From: a virus
Lineage: Duplodnaviria; Heunggongvirae; Uroviricota; Caudoviricetes
Length of the DNA stretch: 64,000 bases
Strand: one strand, 5' to 3'
IMG/VR virus record: IMGVR_UViG_3300028581_000022
Coordinates: 1-64,000 of that record
Shown here: positions 9,623 to 17,833 of the stretch, one piece after another
Layout: each line of letters opens with the position of its first letter
Numbering within the stretch: position 1 is the stretch's first letter
Program-made: the position numbers and the translations under genes
Notes under the pieces: model-generated
Told to the model about the DNA's origin: nothing
The model's database searches: none
Seen by the model: the letters and a program-made list of their open reading frames with translations, nothing else

Positions 9623-9641
9623 CTAAACAAAAATAAAAGTT

Positions 9642-9881
9642 ATGAATAGAGAAGAATATATAAAACAAAGAAATAATAATGCTTTTAATTTTCAATTATT
9701 TTATGATTATTATAAATTAAATTGTAAAGAACCTTTAGTTAAATCTTTAGATGATTTTATGGTTTATTTTGGTTTATATTTTAATATTAATCAAGAAAGT
9801 ATATTAGCTTATTTTGATAATAAATTTACAGTAATAAAAGTAATTAATATTAAAACACAACAAATTATTAGATATGAGTAA
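9642..9881 (+). CDS. hypothetical protein
   Basis: 79-aa ORF immediately after tRNA-like element. Confidence 0.3.
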   Translation: MNREEYIKQRNNNAFNFQLFYDYYKLNCKEPLVKSLDDFMVYFGLYFNINQESILAYFDNKFTVIKVINIKTQQIIRYE

Positions 9882-10257
9882 ATTAGAAAAAGAATTTATA
9901 CCTTACGAACAAGTATTAGAACTTAAAGAATTAGGATTTGATGAACCTTGTTTTGGTTTATATCATAATGATAAAACATTCTATCCTACTCAGTGTAAAT
10001 CACATGAGCAATTTCATGGACAAATATGTTCAGCACCACTATATCAACAAGCATTTAGATGGTTTAGAGAGAAGTATCACATAATTGGTGAAGTGAAATT
10101 CAAGGGTGGGAAAACCACTAAAACTGCTTGGTATGATTATGTAATATACTCAGAAATTGATTGGAATGATGAAAATCTAAATGAACAATGGAAGAAACAC
10201 GAAGAAGCAGAACTTGCTTGTCTTAAAAAATTAATTGAATTAGTAAAACAGAAATAA
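9874..10257 (+). CDS. paralog family protein, copy 1 (EFIPYEQ..LKELGFDEPCFG..FRWFREKY..EEAELACLKKLIELVK)
   Basis: 127 aa; shares N- and C-terminal blocks with the next two ORFs. Confidence 0.6.
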   Translation: MSKLEKEFIPYEQVLELKELGFDEPCFGLYHNDKTFYPTQCKSHEQFHGQICSAPLYQQAFRWFREKYHIIGEVKFKGGKTTKTAWYDYVIYSEIDWNDENLNEQWKKHEEAELACLKKLIELVKQK

Positions 10258-10258
10258 T

Positions 10259-10657
10259 ATGGAACAAGAATTTTTACCTTACAAACCAGCTTTAGAGCTA
10301 AAAGAACTTGGATTTGATGAACCTTGCTGGGCTTGGTATAATATATCTGATGAAGATGTCAGATATTGTTATTCTGAAGGTAGAAGTCCAATTACAAACA
10401 TTCAAGAAGAATGGAATGCCAAAATTGATAACAAACCAGTTGAGAACATTGGATTGCCAACATTCTCACAAGCATTCAGATTTTTTAGAGAGAAGCATAA
10501 CCTATCAAGTTGGATATACAATAGTGATATGATTAATTTCTTCTACACCATATTACAAGGTGGAAGAATTGTTAAAGCAAATAATTCTTATGAATCCTAC
10601 GAAGAAACAGAACTTGCTTGTTTAAAAAAATTAATTGAAATAGTTAAATCAAAATAA
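10259..10657 (+). CDS. paralog family protein, copy 2
   Basis: 132 aa; EFLPYKPALELKELGFDEPC, FRFFREKHNL, ETELACLKKLIEIVK. Confidence 0.6.
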   Translation: MEQEFLPYKPALELKELGFDEPCWAWYNISDEDVRYCYSEGRSPITNIQEEWNAKIDNKPVENIGLPTFSQAFRFFREKHNLSSWIYNSDMINFFYTILQGGRIVKANNSYESYEETELACLKKLIEIVKSK

Positions 10658-10658
10658 T

Positions 10659-11027
10659 ATGAACAAAGAATTTATACCTTACGAACAAGCATTAGCTTTA
10701 AAAGAATTAGGGTTTGATGAACCTTGTTTTGGAATTTGGATAGGAAGAGGTAGTAAGTATGATGTTATGTATGTTGCTAAACAAGAAGATGCTTGGATGG
10801 CTGAACAGAATGATGGAATATTAGCACCAACTTATTCTCAATCATTCCGTTGGTTTAGAGAGAATTATAATCTATTTGGTCAAGTAAATATCCATACGTA
10901 TTTCATTTATGACATATCAAATGATGAGTTAAAAATGATAAAAAAATATGATAAATTAACAAAAACATACGAAGAAGCAGAACTTGCTTGTTTAATTAAA
11001 TTAATTGAAATTGTTAAAAACAAATAA
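10659..11027 (+). CDS. paralog family protein, copy 3
   Basis: 122 aa; EFIPYEQALALKELGFDEPCFG, FRWFRENYNL, EEAELACLIKLIEIVK. Confidence 0.6.
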   Translation: MNKEFIPYEQALALKELGFDEPCFGIWIGRGSKYDVMYVAKQEDAWMAEQNDGILAPTYSQSFRWFRENYNLFGQVNIHTYFIYDISNDELKMIKKYDKLTKTYEEAELACLIKLIEIVKNK

Positions 11028-11931
11028 TATGAAAAATTTACACGTATTACCAACGGATAAGCCAAGTAAACTTTACAAAGTAAATGATAAGTTATACTTT
11101 GAAGAGTTTCCTGTTAGAACAGTAAATGCTGGAAATCAATATTTGTACATCACATCTGATGATGAAGAAGTTAAAGATTGTTATGCTTTAACTAATTCTT
11201 TCAAAAGTAAAATTATTAAAGTTGATAAAAGCAATGAAGAACAATGGCATCATTTTTACAATTGTAAAAAAATCATCCTAACAACAGACCAAGAACTTAT
11301 TGCTGATGGTGTACAAGCTATTGATGATGAGTTTCTTAACTGGTTTGTTGAGAATCCAAGTTGTGAGAGTGTTGAGGTTGAATTTTCACATAAGGATAAA
11401 TATGGATTTTTACAAAATAAAGCTACTTACAAAATAATCATTCCAACAGAAGAACCTACAATTTCAGAAGAAGCTAAACAAAGAGCTGCAAACTATATGA
11501 GTTTAAAAGGTGCGTTAGACTCTCATTATGTAGATTTCAGCAATCCTAATGCTGATAAAATAACTTCAGGAACTACAAATAAACCTTTGGGAAATAAACA
11601 AACAGCAGTAGATTGGTTAATTGAAAAATTAACACCTTCAATATCGTTGCAACAAAAACATATTGATGAGTATAAAAAACAAGCCAAAGAAATGGAGCAA
11701 AGTCAATTTGATAAAATGACAGAAACATTTATTAAAAATAGAGAACAAACAAGACCTTTAGTTTTTGAAAATGGTTTTTTTGAAGGATTTGAATATGCTT
11801 TAAAAAGTGCTGAAGATTATTATGAGAAACTTGCCAAAACAAAATTTGCAGATGATGACTTCACAAAAGATTACCTGCAAGAAAAAAGCAATGAAATTTA
11901 TAACGAAAAATTTAAAAAATATGGAAACTAA
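11005..11931 (+). CDS. hypothetical protein with VDFSNPNADKITSGTTNK motif
   Basis: 308 aa; motif recurs in ORF 62651..63043. Confidence 0.5.
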   Translation: MKLLKTNNMKNLHVLPTDKPSKLYKVNDKLYFEEFPVRTVNAGNQYLYITSDDEEVKDCYALTNSFKSKIIKVDKSNEEQWHHFYNCKKIILTTDQELIADGVQAIDDEFLNWFVENPSCESVEVEFSHKDKYGFLQNKATYKIIIPTEEPTISEEAKQRAANYMSLKGALDSHYVDFSNPNADKITSGTTNKPLGNKQTAVDWLIEKLTPSISLQQKHIDEYKKQAKEMEQSQFDKMTETFIKNREQTRPLVFENGFFEGFEYALKSAEDYYEKLAKTKFADDDFTKDYLQEKSNEIYNEKFKKYGN

Positions 11932-12475
11932 ACAAACAGCAATGCAACAACTAATTAATGAAATAGTTGAACATCTTACATACGATGATGATTTGAGTGA
12001 TGATTCAAGAATGACTCTTGAAACTATTAGATTAAGATGTTTAGGTAAATTATCAGTTGAGAAGGAACAGATAATTGATGCTCATACAGAAGGTTATGTT
12101 ATTGGAGGAGGAAATGGAGATTTATATAATTGCAAACAATACTACAACGAAACTTATGGAAGTGAGGGAAGTGATGCTAAAGATGTAGTATTAGGATATA
12201 AAACTTCTTTAGATGCTCAAATGTTAGATAGGATTGAACCTAAACAAGAAACATTAGAAGAAGCCGCTGAAAAATATGCTAATGAATTACCAGAACCTTA
12301 TAATTATGGGATTAACTCAGATAAGAAAAAAGGTTTTATTGAGGGTGCTAAATGGCAACAAGAACAAATACTACAATTTCTTTACTCAGAAATAATTGAA
12401 CGTAGACCCTATTCATCATCTAAAATGTGTGAAGTTGTAATTGAATTTATTGAACAATTAAATACTAAAAAATAA
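11921..12475 (+). CDS. hypothetical protein (paralog of 63033..63455 N-terminus)
   Basis: Listed ORF 11807..12475 overlaps upstream gene in another frame; Met at 11921 gives METKQTAMQQLINEIVEHL, matching MENRKTAMQELFDNLESI. Confidence 0.5.
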   Translation: METKQTAMQQLINEIVEHLTYDDDLSDDSRMTLETIRLRCLGKLSVEKEQIIDAHTEGYVIGGGNGDLYNCKQYYNETYGSEGSDAKDVVLGYKTSLDAQMLDRIEPKQETLEEAAEKYANELPEPYNYGINSDKKKGFIEGAKWQQEQILQFLYSEIIERRPYSSSKMCEVVIEFIEQLNTKK

Positions 12476-12476
12476 A

Positions 12477-12761
12477 ATGAAAACACTTGAAGAAATAGCA
12501 GAAGAATTTTTAATTAGACAAGGTTGCCAGAGAATGTGTTGTAATGACCCAGAATGTAATGGTGTTGGTGATTTCTTTGAAGATGTACAACCAAAAGATT
12601 TAATTGAATTTGCTAAATTGCAACAAGAAAAAATGTATAGTGAGGAAGATATGAGAAAAGCGTTTAAAGATGGTAGTTGGGTGACATCTTGGTCTGATAT
12701 GGGTATTTCGATGAAATATGATACTTTTGAACAATGGTTTGAACAATTTAAAAAGAAATAA
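12477..12761 (+). CDS. hypothetical Cys-rich protein
   Basis: 94 aa; CQRMCCNDPECNG. Confidence 0.45.
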   Translation: MKTLEEIAEEFLIRQGCQRMCCNDPECNGVGDFFEDVQPKDLIEFAKLQQEKMYSEEDMRKAFKDGSWVTSWSDMGISMKYDTFEQWFEQFKKK

Positions 12762-12762
12762 G

Positions 12763-13170
12763 ATGACAGCAAATGAATTAAAAATTGGGAATTGGGTGAA
12801 CTGGAATGGAGATGACCATCAAGAGATAGCTTTGGTCGCTTCAATTTGTAAAGAAGAAGTTGGATTTAGATGTGGAGATTTTGGACTTATTGAGAACATA
12901 GAAGGTATTTTATTAACAGAAGATTGGTTATATAAGTTTGGATTCCAAAATATAGATAAAGGTGATAATGATTATATTACATATACTGACCCAAATCATG
13001 ATTATTATTTACAAATTGATGTTAGAAGAAATAACGCAAATTACACAATTTTAGATAATACATTTGATGATTTAAGGGCATTTTCAATGGTAGATATAAT
13101 ATATGTTCATCAATTACAGAATATATATTTTGCATTGACAAATCAAGAATTAATTCTTATATCAGAATAA
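12763..13170 (+). CDS. hypothetical protein
   Basis: Met 12763 directly after preceding stop; 135 aa. Confidence 0.45.
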   Translation: MTANELKIGNWVNWNGDDHQEIALVASICKEEVGFRCGDFGLIENIEGILLTEDWLYKFGFQNIDKGDNDYITYTDPNHDYYLQIDVRRNNANYTILDNTFDDLRAFSMVDIIYVHQLQNIYFALTNQELILISE

Positions 13171-13228
13171 AATGCTACAACAATCTAAAGTAAAATATCC
13201 AATATTACCTTATCCACCTAAAACCTAT

Positions 13229-13246
13229 GTACACATTTGTGTACAT
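13229..13246. promoter_or_regulatory. perfect palindromic operator-like site TGTACAC-ATTT-GTGTACA (copy 1)
   Basis: 7-bp half sites in inverted orientation with 4-bp spacer; identical copy at 13519-13536, near-copy at 27634-27651. Confidence 0.5.
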
Positions 13247-13302
13247 AACTTATAAAATCTATACACATACTACACCTATTACATTATCATATTATACATA
13301 TT

Positions 13303-13464
13303 ATGTCTACCCTAAAAACCCAGTATGAAACCTTTCTTAAAAAAAACCCCAGCCTAAACCTAACCTTCGAACAATGGAAAAAGAAATACCTAATACCTAA
13401 ATTGGACAAAATAATCCCTACACCAGAAGATAAGCCTAAAAGCAAAAATAAGAATAATGAATAA
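13303..13464 (+). CDS. small ORF (53 aa) bracketed by the two palindromic operator sites
   Basis: ATG 13303; basic C-terminus (KPKSKNKNNE); not in track because <60 aa. Confidence 0.25.
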   Translation: MSTLKTQYETFLKKNPSLNLTFEQWKKKYLIPKLDKIIPTPEDKPKSKNKNNE

Positions 13465-13518
13465 CCTAAATAATACCCATATATCATATTATATATAGGT
13501 TCATATATACCCTAAATA

Positions 13519-13536
13519 TGTACACATTTGTGTACA
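13519..13536. promoter_or_regulatory. palindromic operator-like site TGTACAC-ATTT-GTGTACA (copy 2)
   Basis: identical to 13229-13246. Confidence 0.5.
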
Positions 13537-13974
13537 CAAACCCCACAAAACTGTACCCACATTCGCACGTTTGCTTTTTTTTAAGGCTTTTTGTGTTTTT
13601 TTGGTAAAAAGTGGTAAATTGTGGGAAATTGTGGTGAGATTTCACCTGAAAAATAGGAGATTGATTACCAGAGGGTTATAAACACCATAAAAGTATCATT
13701 TAACATAATCTAAAAAGTAATGAAAAAGTAATGAAAAAACTGCTAAAAGTATTATACCTTTCACAAATTCTCGATGATTTTTCGGCTGAAATTTTTGGGT
13801 ATAGGTGTAGCGTTCCACGTAGAACATTTTTAAAGTACACGTAGAGAAACACGAATAACCCATCATCCTTACGGAGTGGGTGCAACACGACCTTTATTTA
13901 AGGTGTGTTAAATTTTTTTGCGATATGTAATTTTAATTTTTCATAAGGGCATAATATGGGTTAAGTTAGTGAAT

Positions 13975-14010
13975 GCAAAGGTATAAAAGATTTTTGACAT
14001 TACCAAATTT
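13975..14010 (-). promoter_or_regulatory. leftward copy of early promoter
   Basis: reverse complement reads AAATTTGGTAATGTCAAAAATCTTTTATACCTTTGCATT. Confidence 0.5.
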
Positions 14011-14075
14011 ATTTTGGTAAAGTTATCAACAAAGTTATCAACATACCTAATCATATAGATAAAATTTAAGTTAAA

Positions 14076-14112
14076 CCACAAAGGTATGAAAGATTTTTGA
14101 CATTACCAAATT
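14076..14112 (-). promoter_or_regulatory. leftward copy of early promoter
   Basis: reverse complement reads AAATTTGGTAATGTCAAAAATCTTTCATACCTTTGTGG. Confidence 0.5.
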
Positions 14113-14130
14113 TTTAACATTCGTTAACAT

Positions 14131-14200
14131 TTTAAAATAATGCCCAGGTTGGAGTATACCCTCTGCGATATTCTCATATCGAACCCGTCTTATTTAATTT
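14131..14200 (-). ncRNA. candidate small RNA A (homolog of sRNA B at 37337-37405)
   Basis: Transcribed leftward from promoter 14201-14243; on the minus strand it reads AATAAGACG, then hairpin CGATATgagaATATCG, then conserved GGTATACTCCAACCTGG and a U-rich tail; no ORF. Confidence 0.4.
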
Positions 14201-14243
14201 TGACACAGCAAAGATAGGAAAAGAAAATGACATTACCAAATTT
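14201..14243 (-). promoter_or_regulatory. leftward copy of early promoter driving sRNA A
   Basis: reverse complement AAATTTGGTAATGTCATTTTCTTTTCCTATCTTTGCTGTGTCA. Confidence 0.5.
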
Positions 14244-14375
14244 ATTTCAGAAAAAGTTTTATACCTTATTATATAAAAAGGGGGTTAAAAAAAATAATTT
14301 AAAAAAGGTGAGATAAAATTTGGTAGTTTCAAAATAATATCTATCTTTGCAGTCATTAATCAAATAAACATTTAT

Positions 14376-15146
14376 ATGCAAGCAATTAAAAGAAAGCCGT
14401 TGTTAACTACTAACAATGCAAAGACTATCAAAGGAGAAAAGCTAGGTTACATGACTTACATATTGTACATGTCGCCATTCAAGGCAAATTCTAAAGGAAT
14501 TAATTTGTGCCCACATGCTAGTAAGGGTTGTGCTGAAAGTTGTTTGGTGGGTAGTGGTTTTGGTGGAATGTACACTAGCGTAATGCAAGGTAGGGTTAAC
14601 AAGACAGAGTATTTTTTGAGTGATAGAGAGGGTTTTTTGAAACAATTGAGAGAAGAGGTTGAAAAGGCTATTAAAAAGAATGAGGGTAAAGCTATTGTAA
14701 CATTTAGGTTTAATGGCACTAGTGATGTGGTATGGGAAAAGTTTAAGGTATTTGAGGGTGGTAAGAATATATTTGAGTTGTTTCCTAATATACAATTTTA
14801 TGACTATACCAAAAATCATAAGCGGTTTGAAAAGGAATTGCCAAAGAATTATCATTTAACTTTTAGCAGAAGTGAAACCAATCATGATAAAGCAATTGAG
14901 TTGCTAAAGCAAGGTATAAATGTAGCAATGGTATTTGACAAATTACCCGAAACCTTTGAAGGGTTTGAAGTTATAAATGCTGATTTGGATGATTTGAGGT
15001 TTTTGGATAAGAAGGGAGTTATATGTGGGTTGAAGTATAAGAAAATGACAGGCAAAGGTGGTGCTGAAAAGAACAAGGCAGCTTTTGAGAGTGGGTTTGT
15101 AATTAAAACAGAAAAGGGGGTAAATGATGTTAAACATAACAATTAA
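14376..15146 (+). CDS. hypothetical Cys-rich protein
   Basis: 256 aa; CPHASKGCAESCLVGSGFGG; promoter with TATCTTTGCA box at 14340-14352. Confidence 0.55.
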   Translation: MQAIKRKPLLTTNNAKTIKGEKLGYMTYILYMSPFKANSKGINLCPHASKGCAESCLVGSGFGGMYTSVMQGRVNKTEYFLSDREGFLKQLREEVEKAIKKNEGKAIVTFRFNGTSDVVWEKFKVFEGGKNIFELFPNIQFYDYTKNHKRFEKELPKNYHLTFSRSETNHDKAIELLKQGINVAMVFDKLPETFEGFEVINADLDDLRFLDKKGVICGLKYKKMTGKGGAEKNKAAFESGFVIKTEKGVNDVKHNN

Positions 15147-15261
15147 GGAATTGGAGATGATTGCCAAGAAGAGAGGTGTGCCAGTGTATGTGGTATTGGA
15201 TGAATTGGTTGCTTTTATGTTGGCTAGGTTAAACTAATTTATTTAAAAAAAAGTTTAAAAT

Positions 15262-15297
15262 AAATTTGGTGGTATCAAAAATTTGTTTATCTTTGCA
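15262..15297 (+). promoter_or_regulatory. early promoter (consensus copy)
   Basis: AAATTTGGTGGTATCAAAAATTTGTTTATCTTTGCAG. Confidence 0.6.
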
Positions 15298-15316
15298 GTA
15301 ACAAAAACAAACAACA

Positions 15317-15514
15317 ATGGAAAATCAAAACAAAGTAGAATGGATGTTCACCTTTGAGGGTGGTGGTTGGAATACTGTATTTGCTGTTAGCAGGGAAGAG
15401 GCTATAAAGCTGGCCAATGAGAAGTATGGCAGATTAAAGCCGAGTGAGAAGAGTTTTATGGAGGTGGAGAAGAACAAAGAGGTGTACAATAATTATTTGT
15501 CTTTATTTTGGTAA
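15317..15514 (+). CDS. hypothetical small protein
   Basis: 65 aa, 20 nt after promoter. Confidence 0.5.
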   Translation: MENQNKVEWMFTFEGGGWNTVFAVSREEAIKLANEKYGRLKPSEKSFMEVEKNKEVYNNYLSLFW

Positions 15515-15542
15515 ATTAAAAAAAAAGTATTATCTTTACAGT

Positions 15543-15884
15543 ATGAGATTACCGATAGCAATACTAACACACAAACTCAAAGAGTTGGGTTTGATTACAG
15601 AGAGTGGCGAACCTATAAGCTTTGCCAAGTTCAAAAAGCTTGTTGACATTCACCAATACGGCAATGGTAAACGTAGATTGTTTATATTGTTTGTTGGGGT
15701 GAAGGATAACAAATTAGGGTTTTATCCACCTACTACCAATAGACCTGAAATGGTTAAGATTGCGTATGAATACCTTGTTGATACGATTACAACTGATATG
15801 AAGCAAGAGTATTTGGATGAGAATGTTCAATGGGGTAATTGTGGAATACCTTTGGCTTATGGAAATTTAAGAGCAATTTTTTAA
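15543..15884 (+). CDS. hypothetical protein
   Basis: Met 15543 follows -7 box TATCTTTACA (15531-15540); listed ORF 15444.. overlaps upstream gene. Confidence 0.5.
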   Translation: MRLPIAILTHKLKELGLITESGEPISFAKFKKLVDIHQYGNGKRRLFILFVGVKDNKLGFYPPTTNRPEMVKIAYEYLVDTITTDMKQEYLDENVQWGNCGIPLAYGNLRAIF

Positions 15885-15893
15885 TCTTTAAAT

Positions 15894-15929
15894 AAATTTG
15901 GTAATATCAAAAATTTGTTTATCTTTGCA
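15894..15929 (+). promoter_or_regulatory. early promoter
   Basis: AAATTTGGTAATATCAAAAATTTGTTTATCTTTGCAC. Confidence 0.6.
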
Positions 15930-15952
15930 CTCATAATCAAATAATCAAAAAA

Positions 15953-16597
15953 ATGGAAAATTTAACACCACTACAACAAGGATTGGTTACTGACCTTATC
16001 AAAGAATTTAATCGTATCAACCCTAAACCAAAAGCAGAGGGTTCTAAACGATTTACTTTAGAAACAATTAACGATTGTAATCGTGAGGAACAAAGGTTTA
16101 AAGACACCATTACCAAGCATAACCTTACCATGATTAAGGTATTTGTTAATCAGTTTAACGATGAACTGAAAGAGTTTAAGAACGAATTTGGGAAAGTTTT
16201 GACAACACAAATAGGTCGTGATAGTTATGGTAAACCATACGCTACTTTAGATATATTAAGTGAAATGACAAAGGAAAAGCCATTAGCCAATAATGAGATT
16301 TACGAAATGGAATTATTCATTGTAAGCAAAACAAAGCAGTATTTGGGTAGTGATAGTAGATATGACTATTGTAATGGTAAGAATTACTTACAACTTTATG
16401 TTGACTTCAAACGTGAACGAGTGGCACATAAGCTTGAAAGTGGTAAAGAAGTTATTGTCTATAAGGTTGTGGGGTTGGAATACAGAAGAACCTTTAGTTA
16501 CCTACACAGAGAAAAAACTATTAATACAAGCACTTTGGATGAATTAATTCAAACCGATAAAGAGGTGCAAAAAATGTTTGTTAATTTGGTAAGTTAA
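15953..16597 (+). CDS. hypothetical protein
   Basis: 214 aa. Confidence 0.55.
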   Translation: MENLTPLQQGLVTDLIKEFNRINPKPKAEGSKRFTLETINDCNREEQRFKDTITKHNLTMIKVFVNQFNDELKEFKNEFGKVLTTQIGRDSYGKPYATLDILSEMTKEKPLANNEIYEMELFIVSKTKQYLGSDSRYDYCNGKNYLQLYVDFKRERVAHKLESGKEVIVYKVVGLEYRRTFSYLHREKTINTSTLDELIQTDKEVQKMFVNLVS

Positions 16598-16651
16598 ATA
16601 AAGTAGGATAAAATCTCTTCATTTATTTGGAGGAATTTTTTTTTTCAAAAT

Positions 16652-16690
16652 AAATTTGGTAGTATCAAAAATTTGTTTATCTTTGCAGTA
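16652..16690 (+). promoter_or_regulatory. early promoter
   Basis: AAATTTGGTAGTATCAAAAATTTGTTTATCTTTGCAGTA. Confidence 0.6.
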
Positions 16691-16712
16691 TTAATCAACT
16701 AAATAAAAAACA

Positions 16713-17216
16713 ATGAAAATAGAATTAAAAAACATTAAGTTTAGTGAAGCACTATCGGAAGAAACCAATGCGTTTGTTGCTGATGTATATGTAAACGAAC
16801 AAAAGGTTGCCTATGCAAAAAACGATGGGCATGGTGGTTGTACCTTTTATCATGCTTACGAGGGAATGCGTGAGTTGGTTGAACAAGCTGAACAATTTTG
16901 TTTGGCATTGCCACCGATTAAAGCGTATTCTATGGAATTGCCAATGAATTTGGAGTTTAAGATTGATTTGTTGTTGGAAGATTGGTTAAAGGCAAAAGAC
17001 CAAAAGAGATTAGACAAGAAGTTGGAAAAGGATTGTCTTAAAGGTATTTGTTATAAAACTGATAATGGGTATTCACTTATTCAATGGAAAGGACATACCA
17101 TTAAGAGCCTACTTCAACACCCACAATGGGTGCTAAGCATTAGGGTTAAGTTAAATGAATTAAGACGAGATGGAAAAGAGGTATTGAATAAAAACCTACC
17201 ACAAGAATTATTTTGA
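16713..17216 (+). CDS. hypothetical protein
   Basis: 167 aa. Confidence 0.55.
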   Translation: MKIELKNIKFSEALSEETNAFVADVYVNEQKVAYAKNDGHGGCTFYHAYEGMRELVEQAEQFCLALPPIKAYSMELPMNLEFKIDLLLEDWLKAKDQKRLDKKLEKDCLKGICYKTDNGYSLIQWKGHTIKSLLQHPQWVLSIRVKLNELRRDGKEVLNKNLPQELF

Positions 17217-17220
17217 AAAT

Positions 17221-17258
17221 AAATTTGGTAGTATCAAAAATTTGTTTATCTTTGCAGT
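17221..17258 (+). promoter_or_regulatory. early promoter
   Basis: identical consensus copy. Confidence 0.6.
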
Positions 17259-17285
17259 ATCATTAATCAATTAAATAACAAAAAA

Positions 17286-17768
17286 ATGGGAACTAGGTCT
17301 TTAACAAAAGTAATCGAAAGTTGGAAAGATGAAAAAACCAACAAGGTAAAAAAAGAGAAAATAATTTGTATGTATCGCCAATATGATGGCTATCCAAGTG
17401 GAATGGGTGCTGATTTGGTTGAGTTTTTGAGTGGTAGCAAAGTAGTCAATGGACTAGGTATGGACGACCTAAACTCTAAAAGGGTGTTCAATGGTGCAGG
17501 TTGTTTGGCAGCGCAATTGGTTGGGCATTTTAAAGAGGGTGCTGGTGGGTTTTATTTATATAATCCAAAAGCGAAAGATTGCGGACAAGATTATGAATAC
17601 GAAATTGAGGTTAACGATAACAACCAAGTAATATTTCGTTGTATCGAGATTGGCTACATGGCTAAAAATAAAAAAGGTGAGGACATTTACGTTAATAAAA
17701 AACGCATATTGTTTGAGGGTAAAGCAGAAGATTTTTTAACAGAAGTTGTTGAAAAAGAAAAGGCTTAA
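17286..17768 (+). CDS. hypothetical protein
   Basis: 160 aa. Confidence 0.55.
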   Translation: MGTRSLTKVIESWKDEKTNKVKKEKIICMYRQYDGYPSGMGADLVEFLSGSKVVNGLGMDDLNSKRVFNGAGCLAAQLVGHFKEGAGGFYLYNPKAKDCGQDYEYEIEVNDNNQVIFRCIEIGYMAKNKKGEDIYVNKKRILFEGKAEDFLTEVVEKEKA

Positions 17769-17806
17769 AAATTTGGTAGTATCAAAAATTTGTTTATCTT
17801 TGCAGT
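17768..17806 (+). promoter_or_regulatory. early promoter
   Basis: identical consensus copy. Confidence 0.6.
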
Positions 17807-17833
17807 ATCATTAACCAAGTAAATAAAAAAAAA

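Larger units (their letters stand above)
13540..14250. other. putative replication-origin / regulatory hub
   Basis: Gene-poor AT-rich region with direct repeats (GTGGnAAATTGTGG x2, AAGTAATGAAAA x2, CACGTAGA x2), tandem DnaA-box-like AAAGTTATCAACA x2 (14020-14043), and three leftward copies of the early promoter. Confidence 0.4.

Noticed and set aside
9430-9625. Whole promoter-to-tRNA-like segment as a tmRNA
   Set aside because: The 5' GGGG does not pair with the 3' end. The acceptor helix is formed locally (AGTCAGG/CCTGACT) and there is no tag ORF.
14376-15146. Assigning ORF 14376 to the phage Gp37/Gp68 (DUF5131) family because of its CPHASKGCAESC Cys cluster
   Set aside because: The hallmark IEWTD..TWNP..GC..S.GC..CYA N-terminal motif is absent, and the resemblance is superficial.
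14442-15167. Minus-strand ORFs 14442..14855, 14456..14719, 14882..15142, 14943..15167 and similar antisense ORFs inside clpC (58567-60192)
   Set aside because: Entirely contained within longer, better-supported genes on the opposite strand. Low-complexity translations, so not reported.
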